Below, one piece after another: positions 47,401-61,104 of a stretch of DNA of 64,000 bases. Within the stretch, counting starts at the first letter, position 1. Every line of letters begins with the position of its first letter. Location: the NCBI GenBank assembly GCA_964036045.1, contig OZ038378.1:137888001-137952000 (forward strand), written 5' to 3'. A model generated the notes under the pieces. That model did no database searches. It was not told the origin of the DNA and saw only the letters and a list, made by a program, of their open reading frames with translations. The position numbers and the translations under genes were made by a program. The DNA is from Eutreptiella sp. 'Long Island Sound 2002'. Taxonomy: Eukaryota > Protista > Euglenida.

Positions 47401-49389
47401 CGGTCCCAATGTGCTCCTGTACACACCGGTGAAATGATGGGAGAACTACAACAATTTTGTCGACTGGCTCAAGCCGGTGCAAGTTCGAGCAGCTGTACAA
47501 AAAATTGTATAAGAAGTTCTTACTCCAAGTGCGCTTGTCGATTTGATCAATCTGACGGCAACATATCAGGCACGAGTCAAAGTACAATACCATGATCTCT
47601 ATGCCAACATCAACAGGTAGGCCAAAGAGGGTGAACTGCGGTACTACTTGAACCATCATCGGTATTTCAAGTATTTCGAACTCCTCCCCTTTGACAACGC
47701 CGATGCCCTCATCGACCGCTTGGGAACTTCGAAGTATCTCATGGCTGCAACCGAGATTGGTATCCAAAAAGAAAGACGATGGACTAAAGCTGTCACGCAT
47801 AGATTGGATGAGTATTTCAACTCGCCGCAAGAGCCTGGCAAATGTGATCCTCTAGCCAAGGACCCATTTCATTCCGACACTTTGGTTCTTCGACAATTGC
47901 CCCTGAACTCGACTGAATACCAGCATCATTTCAACACTCCAATGATTAAGTATCTTACTGGACTCCAACGTGCTTATGAAGATGCGCACCAGCGAAGCGT
48001 GCATGACCGCAATGAGCCACAACTCTAGACCGTCATCGTCGATACAGCAGCGAGCCTCGTGACGGTGGAAGAAGTTCGATTCGCTTTGCAAAGCACGCTA
48101 CCCGAAGGACAGTATGTGCATCAGGACCTTGGTTGACTCCAGAATGACTCTCGAACAGAGATGTTGGAAGTTGTCAACCGATGCGGGTATGTGTACCGTG
48201 ACGACTTGACCGCGGTTATCACTGCTCGTCATGTTTCGATTGCCAATACTCGGTGGTGGCGTGTTGACACCCCGACCGGGCAATTCCACTTTGATAATGC
48301 GGTGGGCGTTTCCGGTCACCAATGTTATCAATGTACCGCCAGCCAAGCTTGGCGGGAGCTCACTTTGCAACGTCCAAAGCAAGCTGACAGCTGAAGTGAC
48401 GATTCCTGGCAACAATCGAGAGTGTGGCGCTTCTGCACCGATGGATGCTAGAAGCAAGCCGGAATTTCACAATATCCACCTCCTTCTCGACAGCACTTAT
48501 TCATTTTCGAGTACAAGGCCGCTCTCTATGGCAAGCTTGGCAACCCTGACCTTCGATTGGTGGCTCATTGAGCCAGTCTCCTCATCCACCAGACCGTCTT
48601 CAACAATCACAATGTCAATCGACACCATGTTGGACACGACGTCTATTGGCGGACTGCTGGGGTGATGAAAGAAGGTAATGCGACTTGCAGGCTCTCAGCC
48701 CCGGCCGACATTGCCTTTGCATGGGACTGGGACCGGTAGCTCGATCGATCCGAGGACCATCTGGAGATCCGGACATACTCTGCCGACCTGTCTTAGGTTG
48801 GTTTGTCCTCAGCCCGAGGAATGTATAGCTCGACAGGTTCACTGTCCCTGCACAACACTTGGCATTGATGGCGAGTGTTCGACGCCGGCCGTGGTGGCGT
48901 GTGTCTCTGTGATATGTTGACGTGCCCACAACATTGCCGTGGGTATTGCCGCACGATTTGGCGAGTTTGACAATCGTGTAGCTTTTGCCCAGACGCGGTG
49001 ACCGGTTCGATAATGGCGTATCAATTGGCGCCAACGACAGGTGACCCGCATGGGTTCCACTTTGGCCCAATCAGTTGTGGAACACTGGTCCGTGCTGCCG
49101 TGGTGTGGCACAACATCGGGAGCTAACTCTCCTGTGTTCAATCACTATTATGTTTTATGCTCACCGGCAAAGTTACAAAAGGCAAACCTTTTTTTTGTGT
49201 GTCTTTGGACAAGTGCACGCGCCCGCCCGCCCTCCTTGGTGAGATTTCTGTGAGGTCTGAGGGGGGGGATGTTGTTATGGTTTTGAGCAGCAAAGCAGCG
49301 AGCGTGCGATCTGGCATCGAGCACGCGCAACTTCGCAAATGTTAATATGAAACACCGACATGTGAAGGAACTGTTCAACCGAGTTATGT

Positions 49390-51041
49390 AAGATACTTCG
49401 ATGTCCATTGAACAGGGTTTATCTTTGGATTGTGAAATAGGTTTCGAATTGGTACCTCGCCTGAAGATCCTGCGAGATGTTGTCGAGTTTTGGAAAACGA
49501 GATGATTTTCAAGAGAGAAAGGGCACCCACGACAAGAAGCAGATTGAGGAACGGCAAAAGAGACAAGCTATTGGAGGAAATGTGGGACCGAGCCACGGGG
49601 GCAATCGCCGGATTTGGCAAATTAATGAGGTTGCCGAATTGCTGAAGAAGGCCACGGAGGATTCGAAAAAAATGCAAGAGCGAATCGGAGGTCAAGGCCC
49701 AAGTGATTCGGAGCAGGACGGTGCTGCGGTAAACCAGACCTAACTAGGCCCCCACGGGGATGGGACTCCGGAGGTCTCTTAGCTACGAATCGGCAAAATC
49801 AAAAGAAGGAGGGTACCCATCGTACCCAAGATGGTTCTAAAACAGCCGAATAAGCTCACCATTGCCAGTCCTAGCCCATGGCACGCCCTTCCAAGTGAGG
49901 TACATATGGGTTTGGGTCGCACACAAGTAAATGATTGAGAGACCACGGAGAGTCGCGTGGATGGGCATGACCTACTAAAGATCTGCATCATCTAGGATCA
50001 TACGCTTGAATTATTGAGGCGTCCAAGCATACTGGAGTTGCATGCTGTGCGAGTAGTCCATACTCGACACGGAGACAAACGGCTGTTGCACTTGAAACTG
50101 CGAGTAAGGTGTGGAAAGAAAGAAGTGAATGCGGATGTATTGTCGGATACGGCTGCGGTCGTTTCTGGATGAATTTCCGAAGCCCATGCAAAGACCGTTG
50201 CGCCTGAACGTTGCCGATGGCTAAATCATGGGTGGGGGTACCCATGGAGCCACTATTGGCATGGAATTCTGGGAACATGATTGCTTGAACTGTCCAGATT
50301 TGTCGAAGCGGATCGCGCTTTTTGGGAACTTTTATGCTGCAGATATTTACGATTGGGATATTATTATTGGGTATGATTTCATGGAGAGCAACGCCATTGG
50401 AGCTCTTCCTCATTGTGCTACATTGGTTCGAGAGCACAAGTAGCACGTGAGTTGGCGATCTATCGACCATGCCCAAAGATTATCTCAGTGGATGGGCGAT
50501 GAGGAGGACAGAATCGTGCGGGCAGTCAAGACCGTGAGTGCCAAGTTCAATGGTGACCGCGGAGGTAGTCTCATGGAGTATGGCATGGCGCCACAAATGG
50601 TTCAGCATGTTGGAGGCAAAAAGCCCGAGACGGAAGTTTTTTTTCGGGGATACCCCGCAGTCGAGGAAGTGTACGACGCATTGGCAACAGGGAGACTCAG
50701 CGTGGTCCAGGCATTGGGGATTGAAGCAGTGGGGGCCCATGTACTGGCATGGTGCTGAGGAAGATACCAAACGTACCGTGAACAAGATCATTGCGGATGG
50801 AAGCAAGGGTATCGTGCTGCTGACGAGCATAGGATCGAGCCCTCCTCCGCTGGAGGATCTCAAGTCGGCTTTGGACTCCATCAGCCTGCACGAGATGCAA
50901 GTTGGACCGGAGGAGGAGTTGTTCATCGACGCGAAAGGTATACCAAGGACACGTTACCATCGGGGCCTTGGGTCCATGGGTCATGCTGGGGCGGGCGCAC
51001 AAGCGCAGGCAAAGCAGTGGTCGCTTAGGGCATCCTCATAG
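49390..51041 (+). pseudogene. Truncated retroelement: deleted gag, aspartic protease (50130-50440), Dam-like methyltransferase domain (~50620-50940)
   Basis: ADVLSDTAA and WDIIIGYDFMESN (retropepsin). Then PETEVF/..GDSAWSRHWG..MYWHGAEEDTKRTVNKIIADGSKGIVLL, following the DxF...DAFxxxW...YxNPPxxxIxxVLxKI pattern. Confidence 0.55.
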
Positions 51042-51099
51042 AACATAGCGTTCTAGAATCTTTGCCACTGTGCAAACACACAAGCGAAGGTATGTACAA

Positions 51100-54000
51100 C
51101 AACGGCATATGTCCACACTACTAGGAGGGTCAGGCAACTCATTGGTTTGGGGACGCCTTGTGGCAATAGACACTCTATCCCTACCCACAACCCAACCTCA
51201 GGTTCCACACGCCTAGTGGCACGCAGATATGCACGCTTGAACAAAACCCACAGATCTGCCCAGAAATGACCCCAGAATAGTAATTTGGGAAGGGCGTTGC
51301 GACCATCTACGGGCGATTTCCCGGGAGTCATTGGGCTCCAAGGCCAACTGATAGTCGCTCCTCATGCTCCCTCGACGGCTCGGTCTAACACCTCTCTGAA
51401 CTGGCTATATGGCCCTGCCATTGTCCCATACGGGGTCCGGCGTCTTAAAATGGGTTGTTTTAGCGCACACCTTTTCTGGCCTAAAAAGTCCCGAATTGAC
51501 CCCTCCTTGAGGCCATATGAGGACAGGGTTGAAACAATCTACCACATACCCTTGGGGTACAATACCAGTAAGAAAAAGTCACTACCACGTCTTTTGTGGG
51601 GGACTTGTTCCAGGCCAAGCCACCCCTGTTGTTTGGGAATCACCGAAGAGTAACATTTGATCGTCGTCTCCATTCTTCTCAAGCATTAAGCACATTTTTC
51701 AAAGTCACTAGGATAATTACCCTAGCCCCCCCATGAAGTTCACCCCTACCACTCAAGGGAGCAGAGGTATTGTCCTTCATGGAGGTAATACTGAAAGAAA
51801 GTAGGCTCTTCACGCCTTTTTTCTTACAGGTCAAACCTAATGGTCTCCCACCTCAGGACCTAGATACTCAAAAGTTTCATCTACTTATTGTGGTCCTATT
51901 TTGTAACTGTTTCTGAATTCAGTTGCTTGGCCAAGCTGGCCAAGCCATCTTGTGTGTGTGCCCCAACCTACTTGCCCCAGATTCCTAACCAACTCCATTG
52001 CAACCAAAATAGTGCCCATCAAGTGCTTATCACTATCTCCTGGGCTGAATTGCTATCTGTTTACACGCTAAAATCATTTGCTTTGTTTGTAAACCATTGA
52101 AGTTTTGTACTTAAGCCTGCACTATCCTTTGCAGCCTCTTTTTGTTACATGCTTTGATTTGGAAGGAACTACATCCTGATTGATGCTAGCGTTCTCTTGC
52201 CGTTCCTGCTTGACTGCTTTGACTATTTGTATGCCGCTACTAGGCACCCTCGCCGCATCCATCCAACATGATGCCCTACCACATTTGAATGGCCGATGGG
52301 ATAAATGCCTCGCGCAACCTAACGGCCTTTGCACCTGCATGAGGCAGTTGCCGACGTACATCACCAAGTGCACGTGCAGGATGCACCTGCCGTTCGTTTC
52401 TGTGACATCGCCCCGGTGAATGCGTCTCCTCCATCATCCCACAACTCGCCGCCGCCACCGTCGTCCCTTCCTTCGGACTCATCATGGGATCCGGTGGCTG
52501 AAGAGTTGTCTCTACCACCATTTATATGTCCTCTTTTATCCAGGCACTATTTGGGCCCCCATCAATTCGATTGGTGCTACCCACAACTGTCATGTTTTGC
52601 GACTGCCAAGAGTTCGTGCCGAAAAATATGAGGGTCCCCGATATTTAGGAATCTCTAGGCCTCTTGCCGCAGTAATCAATTAACAACCTTGCCTCCTTGA
52701 TCGAAGTAACTTCGACACACCGAAGGAACTTGTGCCGTACGTGCATGTGCTTTGCTACGTGTCTCAATGGAACCAAACAGTTTACTGGGTGCAAGGTTAA
52801 ATTTTGGAAACAGCAATCCCAACCTAGGGTATACCTTGGTCATTAGTGAGGACGTGCCGACACGCTTTCATCTTGTACCCCGTTCGCTTCGCACCCACGG
52901 GCCCAGATTTCAGGATCATAATCGTTACGTACTGACAATTACGTAATGGAATCATGTCACAAAGCGTACCATGATGAAATGCCAATTTTAGGGCACAGCT
53001 CAGAGGGATAAATTAATCAATCCGTCAGCTTTTTGGTGGTCTCCTTTGACACAGCACTCACATGCATATTTCTGCATAGTGCTCTTCAGAAAGCAATGGA
53101 AGTGGCCGCTTTGTTGTGCTAACGCTTGCATGCAACTTACAGCCCTCCACGTGACGATGAAGTACACATGGTGAGCGCCGTGTCACCTCAAACAACAACA
53201 AACAAATGGTTATACACCAGTACAACTACCCGGATTAGCTTGCGTCGAAATTTCCCTCCTTCCACAAAGGTGCCGGGATCCGAGGTCCACTTGACCAAAT
53301 TTTGGGGTCTGCGTAGGCAGCAATGGCCGTAGTGAGTGCCGACCCAGTTCCGTCACCTAGCAAGAGGCCTGTCTGACGCATAGACCACACATGAAATTCG
53401 CTTTGTAAGCCGCCACCAGCCAGCATCGCCGCATACATACAACTTGATGCCCTACCACTGTTGAATGTTCAATGGGATTAATGCCTCGCCCAACGTGATT
53501 GCGTTTGCGGCGTGCCTGACGTAGTTGCCGGCTTACATAACCAAGTGCAGATGCAGGATGCACATACGGTTCGTTTCCATTACATCGCCCCGGTAAACGT
53601 GTCTCCTCCATTATCCCACACGTCATCGCTGCAAATGTTGTCCCTTCATTTGGGCGTGTCATGGCATCATGTGTCTCAAGATCGGCCTCTACGACCATTG
53701 ATATGTTCACTTTCATCCCGGCTCAATTCGGGACGCCAGCAGCTCGATTGGTGCTACCCGTGGATGTCATGGTATGCGAATGCCAAGGTTTCTTCCGAAA
53801 GATACGAGGATCCCCAATATTCAGATACTTTAGGCTTGTGCCATTGTAGACAATTTATGACATTACTTTGTGGACCGAAGTAACTTCGACACACCTAATG
53901 AAGTTCTGCCATACATGCATGTGCTTCGCTACATGTCCCAATGGAACCACACAGTTTGTTGAGTGCAAGGGGAAATTGCTGAATATCGATCCACCAGATG

Positions 54001-57000
54001 TACCTTGGTCAATAGTGAGGACCTCCCAATCCGCTTTCATCTTGTACCTAGTTCTCTTTGCACCCACGAGCCAAGATTTCAGGATGATCATCATTACCTA
54101 CGAACACTTATGTAATGGAATCTTTCCCCCAACCCTTACCATGATGAAGTTCCAACTTTAGAGAAGAGCTTAGAGCAATAAACTAATCAACCAGTCAATT
54201 TTCTGGTTGTCTCCTTTGCCGCAACACCCACACGCATATTTCTGCACAGTGTTCTTCAGAAACCAATGGTAGTGGCCGCTTTGTTGTGCTAACGCTTGCA
54301 TGCAACTTGCGACCCTCCATGTGACGGCGAAGTACACACTATGAGCGCCTTGTGGCCTTAAACAACATCAAGCAAATGGTTATCCGCCAGTACGACTACC
54401 CGGAGCAGCTGACTTTCAACTTTCCCTCCTTCCACAAAGGTGCCGGGATAACACGTCCAGTTCACAAAATTTGGGGGTCTGCCTAGGCGGCGATAGCTGC
54501 AGCGAGTGCCAATCTGCACTCCATCACCTAGCAAGAGGCGCTGTGCTGACACGTAGACCACACATGATTCGTTTTGTATGCCGCTAACAGCTAGCCTCGC
54601 CGCATACATCCAACATCATGCCCTACCACAGTTGAATGGCCAATGGGATAAATGCCTCGCGCAACCTGACTGCCTTTGCGACCTGCATGACGTAGTTTCC
54701 CGTACACCACCAAGTGCAGAATGCAGATGCACAAATGCTTTGTTTCTCTGACATCGCCCCGGTAAATGTGTCTCCTCCATCATCCCACACGTTATGGCTG
54801 CCAACGTCGTCCCTTCCTTTGGACAGGTATGCGTGCTTGGCCCCGGGTCCAATTGGGTTCCTTCTAACTGAGCGAGGGATGGGGTCCGTGGATTAGAGAT
54901 CAATGGGAGGTAGCAGGTTGGTACAATTCTGGTCGGCATATAGATGCTCACGGCGTGTGAGGACATTTGAATGACGGCAAAGTATATGTCGTACGTTATG
55001 AGCCGAGTGTCTTTGTCTTGCAGTGTGCAAGTGTACATAATGAACCACCGAACTTAATCAGTCTGAATGTTGTGTGAGGCCTTCCTTCGGACGTCTCATG
55101 GGATCGTGTGTTTGAAGAGCGGCCTCTACGACCATTCTTATGTCCACTTTCATCGGGCTCCCACGGGCCAAGATTTCATGATGATAATGGTTACGTACTA
55201 ATCATTATGTAATAGCATCCTTTTCCAAAAGCGTATAATCATGAAATGCCAACTTTAGGGAAGAGCTCAGAGCAATAAACTAAATAGTCGGTCAGTTTTG
55301 TGGTGATATCCTTTGCCACATCACTCACATGCATATTTCTGCACGATGTTCTTTAAAAGCCAATGGTAGTGGCCGGTTTGTTGTGCTAACGCTTGCGTGC
55401 GACTTGCAACCCTCCAGATGACGACGAAGTACACATGGTGAGCGCCTTGTCGCCTTAAACAGCAGCATTTAAATGGTTATGTGCTAGTACGACTACCTGG
55501 ATCAGCCGATGTTCAATTTTTCCCTGTTCCACAAAGTTGCCGGGATCACAAGTCCACTTGCCGAAACTCGGGGGTTTGTCTGAGCCGCGATGGCTGCAAT
55601 AAGTGCCAACCCCATTCCATCACCTAGCAGGAGGTGTCGTGCTCAAGCGTTAACCACATATGAAATTTGTTTTTCAAGCCGCTACCAGCCAGCCTCGCCG
55701 CATACATTAAACATGATGCCCTACTAGTGTTGAATGGCCAATGGGATAAATGCCTCGCCCAACGTGACCGCCTTTGCGACCTGCATGATGTACATGCCGA
55801 CGTACATCACCAAGTGCAGATGCAGGATACACATGCTGTCGTTTGTGTGACATCGTCATGGTAAATGTGTCTCCTCCATCATCGCACAGGTCATGGCTGC
55901 CAACTTCCTCCCTTCCTTCGGACTCATCATGGGATCTGGTAGTTGAAGAGGGCCCCTACTGCCATTTATATGACCACTTTCATCCAGGCACTATTTCGGC
56001 CCCTGTCAGTTTGATTGGTGCTACCCACGGCTGTCATGGTAGGCGAATGCCAAGTGTTTGTTCCGAAATACAAGGGCCCCCAATATTTAGACATTGTGGG
56101 CTTCCGCCGCAGCAGTCAATTACAAACATTACTTCCTGGACCGAAGGAACTTTGACACACCGAATGAAGTTTTGGCGTACATGCATGTGCTTCGCTACGT
56201 GTCACAATGGAACCACGCAATTTGTGGAGTGCCAGGTTAAGGTTGGGGAATGACGATCCCAACCTCAACTGTACTTTTGTCAATAGCGACGACCCCCCAA
56301 TCGGCTTTCGTCTTGTACCCGGTCCGCTTCGCTCCCACAGCCCAAGTTTCAAGATGATAATCGTTGCGTACTAACAATTATGCAATACAAACCCATTGCA
56401 AAAACGTACCATGTTGAAGTGCCCACTTTAGGGAAGAGCTCACAGCAATAAACTACGTAGTCGGTCAATCATCTGGTGGGCTCGTTTGCCACAACACTCA
56501 CATACATATTTCTGCACCGTGCTCTTCACAAACCAATGGTAGTGGCCGCTTTGTTGTGCTAACGCTGCATGCAACTTGCAACCCTCCTATTGACGACGAA
56601 GTACACATTGTGAGCGCCTTTTCGCCTAAATCAGCAGGAAGCCAATGGTTATCCGGCGTTACGACCACCTGGATCAGCCCACGTTCAAATTTCCCTCGTT
56701 GCCAGTACCAGCTCCCTGGCACCCACCTGGAGGCCGTGCACCCTCTGAGCCTGTTGGACACACCCACCACCAAGCGGGAGTGCGCCGCGGTGGTGTTTCA
56801 AATCAGATAGCAAACAAGCTTGTTTCGTTGCCCTGTCGTTCATCACACACTATGCACGCACAATGCAATCGACTAGCTAGTCGTGTGTCCGCTGTGTCTG
56901 CCTCTTGGTGCTCCAGCGCTGTCGGTGTTGGCACGCTCCCCTGTCGCAGATGGGTTCTACGCTAGTTGCGTTCAAAAGGTTGCGCCAATGCACGGCGACA

Positions 57001-58380
57001 ATGGGGAGGAGTAGTATAAGGTGCAGTTGATTCGGGCGGTGACGTACCACATGCACATGACAACGGTCCTTGGCCGTTTCATTCAACACACCCGGTCGGA
57101 AGGCACAATGGTGGTGACCATGGGCACGAACTGAGCGGGTAGTGTTTTGGAGTTTCGTCAGTGAGGACGTATATTTGGCACTTTTGTTCAAGTGCAAATA
57201 TTCCGTTTCTCCCAAAGGGTCGGCTTCCTCGGTATAAAGAACCAAGCTCCATGTCACACAGTGCCTGTTCAATTTTTAGGAGGAACCAAAGAGAAAAAGA
57301 CGAAGAAAAACACGGAGGAGAGCAAGGAGGAGGAGGAAGCCGAGAGGTACAGGGCAAGAAGAAGAAGAAGAAGAAGAAGCACAAGCAGCCCAACATGAAG
57401 GAGGAACCCATGGATGCACAGGAACGAGTCATCCCAAGTGAGAAGCCCGCGAAGGAGGTCGCAAGGTAATGTGTCCCCCCTCCCCTTTCCCTTCGTCACG
57501 CGAGTCGGCTGGTGCGGATGACCTTGACGTCACACTCTCATCGTGGCTCCGGTTTGTCCTCCGCGTTGGGCGCATCCTGCGTGCATGCTCCAAGTGTGGG
57601 CTCCGGTATAGCAGTACCCGTCCTACGCGTCCTTCGCGTCCTGCACGTGCTCTGTTTGTTCTGTTGGATGTCCAGCAGGAGAAAGACAGCCCCTCGGTCA
57701 ACCATACTACACCGGTCCCCAACGTGCCCCTTGGAGGCCAAAGGGGACGATGACGACATCGATCAGCTTGGGGTCACCGGCAATGGCGAAGAGGAGGAGG
57801 AGGAGGAGGAGGATCCCGTGGCAGCAAACCTGGGCAAGAAGGCGGCTCAAAACGCCATCTGCAACGGTCAAGAGTGAAGGAGTGAAGGAGAAGCACACCC
57901 ACTTCTTCATACACCGCAACGGACCAACGTACCGTGTTCCGACACATACAACACGTAGCGAGAAGTATGCCGAGGGGGACCGGCACAACAATAACCTCGC
58001 CATCATGGAGAGTTGCCTTGAAGGAGTTGACCTGACGGTACCACAAGTGCAGCACCACTACTCTGTGTGTTTGGATGGGACGCCGAATGCCAAAGGTGTG
58101 AGTGGAGCGACTGGGCTGTTTTCGGTGACCCTAACGTTAGGCTCTCATTGTCTTAGACGGCCCAAGTTGCCCACCCCGGTAAATCGGCCCAAAACACTCA
58201 AAAAGGGCCATTTTGGCTGGTGGGAAATTTCATAGCCTGTTTTTGGGTCATTTAGACGCGTACGTGAATTCGACTGCTTGACAGCCTGTTTTTGTGTTTC
58301 TCATATCCAGGCGCACACACCCAGGTGACCGCGCATGGTCAATTTTCACGCTTCAGTGAAGAAGTTTTGCTTTGTGCTGT
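51100..58380. mobile_element. Element F: long imperfect inverted repeats enclosing a tandem array
   Basis: Blocks GATATG, AAATGACCC, GGGC(C)GATTT.CCGGG and AGTCGCTCC at 51200-51365 recur inverted at 58095-58330. Termini not resolved. Confidence 0.4.
52250..56700 (+). repeat. Tandem array of ~4 diverged units of ~1.17 kb, probably a decayed coding unit
   Basis: Marker GTGGCCGCTTTGTTGTGCTAACGC at 53102, 54272, 55369 and 56542 (periods 1170, 1097, 1173). Recurrent + strand peptide RNFDTPNEVLAYMHVLRYVSQWNH. Confidence 0.88.
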
Positions 58381-58760
58381 GTTGTCTTTGTCCACCTATG
58401 TACCCTTCTCTTGGAATTTCGAAAAGTGTCTAGAACCAGATACTCTTTGAAATTCCAACCCTGTCACACCCAGTCTTTGACGTCGCAGTGTGTGTTTCCA
58501 GATAAACTAAACAATTTACAACCTTTACGGGGGGGGGGGGGTTCACGAGGTGTCTGTTCCCAGTGTCATACGTCCTATGTACACCGCCATAACATGGAGA
58601 ATGTGTCTAATTCCAGACATTTTGGTGAAATTCCGTGATTAAGATCCTCATTTGAGTGAACAGTGTCTGGTTCCAGACACTGTCCACCAATTATTTGGTC
58701 ACTGAGCAGGTTCGTTTCGTTGTTGTTCACCGCTTCGTTTAGTCTGGTTCTGTTCCACTG

Positions 58761-60513
58761 TTGATGAGCCAGGTGACCAGTGCTGCAACAGATCCCTTTG
58801 GTCTCCTGCGTGACTTCTTACGTGGAGCAAAGTATGGTACACCGCTGGAGCTTATCGATGCCCCTTTACGCGATGAGGAACCAGGTGCAGCCGTGCTTGT
58901 GGAGTTGTGCACACAAATGAGGGTCAACCGGCGAACCAGACGCAGTATGGCAGCGTTGACCAAAGCTCATGGGCAATCACCGTGGCCAAGGTGGTATGGA
59001 GTGTTTGCGCGCTGGGTGTACAGGATGATGCAATTGTGTCAAAAGATGCCTCTACCAGAGGAAAAGGCTGTTGGCTCAATGATAAGTGCATCCAGGGGGA
59101 TGCGGAGACAATTGTCACATGCAGGTCTTGCTGCGGGCCGGTTACCGCCTTTGGGGCAACATGCACATGCCAGAACAAACGCCATCTGGAGATCAATGGC
59201 AGGGAAGCACGTGGTGGTGCAATTTGACAACTGTTATCGCAGACGGTACTGCAGTGACCCGGTACGACCTGATTGCTGTCTGAACGTCACTGCCATGTCA
59301 GTGTTGCATGCAACTGCGATTGCTATGTACCCGGGTTTCCCTACACTTGACAATCTTCTCCACCGCATCCCGCAAACAGCACAGACCATAGCAGCTAGTT
59401 TCCGGGAGTTCCCACGAGCGGTGGACGCTTTGAGGCGAGATCCACCAGAGCTCCAATGCGTACGGGTTCCACTGGATGTGCGCTGAGATAACATTCGTTC
59501 ACTGCAATGGTACCCCCTGACGCTAGCCGATCTGGTCTCTAGCTCCAATGAGGACTTGCTCCACATCATGCAACAATGCCTAGCCATTAGGTTCCCAAAC
59601 GCCACGTCATGTTCGGACATACGACCCCTTTAAGTTGGGCGAGCACTATGCCACTCTCCCAATGCTGTATGGCCGCTGGCACCCTGATAAGTATGTGTGT
59701 ACCATGATGCACCGTAAGTTCTTCCCCATATTGGGCTACCTTGGGCAGCAAATGCCCGCGGTAGCTGAAGAGATCATGTGCCACCCGAAGCTGTTGCACA
59801 TTCAGAAGCCATTTTGTGCCCTATCGTTAGCCACACCCAACGATGAGGACCGCATCTTACACAAGGAGACTTCAATTATGCAGTTTCCGGAGGCATCCCG
59901 CAAGCTACCGCTCGTATGGTTGACTGGACTGAAGAACCTCGTGCACTTCTACATTCCGGTTGCGTTCCTCCTTGGAAACTTGGTTCGTCACTGCAACTGG
60001 GATGGTCGACCTGCACGGACAAGCCGTACGGCCCGCAAAGTATTGGAGTTGAGTTTGGTATTGATTGTAGCCTTGATAATGGACACTGACTGCAACGTCC
60101 CCTACATACGCACCCTTTGTGTTGCCCTTCTGTTGTGGTTACCTTGGAATGACGCCGTCCCGGGCTGTTGTTATGCTGAGGAGCCCCTGGAGGCTATGTT
60201 GAGTCGTCTCGGATCTACGTGCCGCGCATACCCCCAGATGAAGACTGTTGACCAGACATTGGACATGCTTTTGAGCATGGCACCACCAAAGCGCGGGGAA
60301 AAGAAGACGCGGGGGCAAATCCGCAGTGGACTGGTTGCGATTATGTCGTCACGGGTACGCAGGTTCCTGGTGGCCATTACAACGAACCACGTGGTCCACG
60401 TTGAGTGGAACAATGGAAAGAAGGTAGCATTCACTGCCTTCACTGAGGACTTGAAATTCCCAGCGCAACAAGTGGACAACGGCGGTGTGGCCCTCTCCCA
60501 GAGACTTGACTAG
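58761..60513 (+). pseudogene. Putative DDE transposase of element E
   Basis: ORFs 58761-59486 and 59635-60513: VVVQFDN (D1-like), LYGRWHPDKY (His signature), YIRTL...W...EEPLEAMLSRL (E-like). More distant than A, B and C; family not assigned. Confidence 0.45.
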
Positions 60514-61104
60514 ATCACTCTCCACATTGACACGTGCAGCGCGTTCGCCCACGGATGAGTTCTTACGGTTGCTGAGAACTATTGTTCCAGGCAGAGACCC
60601 CCGCGAGCATGCAGGCCGAGATGCACAGGCTCAGCGGTCGCGGGATGCAGCAATTGTGGTAGCAGATGATGACGATGAGGCCCCGGAAGCTGCAATTGTC
60701 TCGGATTCAAGTTCACACCCGTCAGTGGGGGACTTGATAGTGGACGTTGACGCACAAGATGATGAACCACCACTTGTTGTCCTACTGCAGGAAATGGAGG
60801 AGTATGAGGTTTGTGAGTGTGGAGGATGACTCGATCAACTGCTGACACCCCACCGAAGTGGCCAGGGTGCGTCAAAGGTGTGTGTCTGGAACGAGACACA
60901 GGGCTGGACTTGGTTGCTACAGCATCGGGGTACTCCCGCAGGGGCCACTAATGTCAACCAACGCAGTGCTGGACTGATGAGATGCGCGCGTACGTGCACT
61001 GTTGCATTGCTCTACATCCCTGTTTCTCCGCAAAACCACAGCATGCGACCCTGACCAACCGAATACCCTGTTCAGGAAGCCAGCAGAATAAACAACACAT
61101 GCAT

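Noticed and set aside
48161-48394. YRDD as an RT active site
   Set aside because: No flanking RT motifs in any frame.
53235-55630. Minus-strand LLGDGxG Rossmann-like motif in the tandem units
   Set aside because: No accompanying methyltransferase motifs; the + strand frame looks more protein-like.
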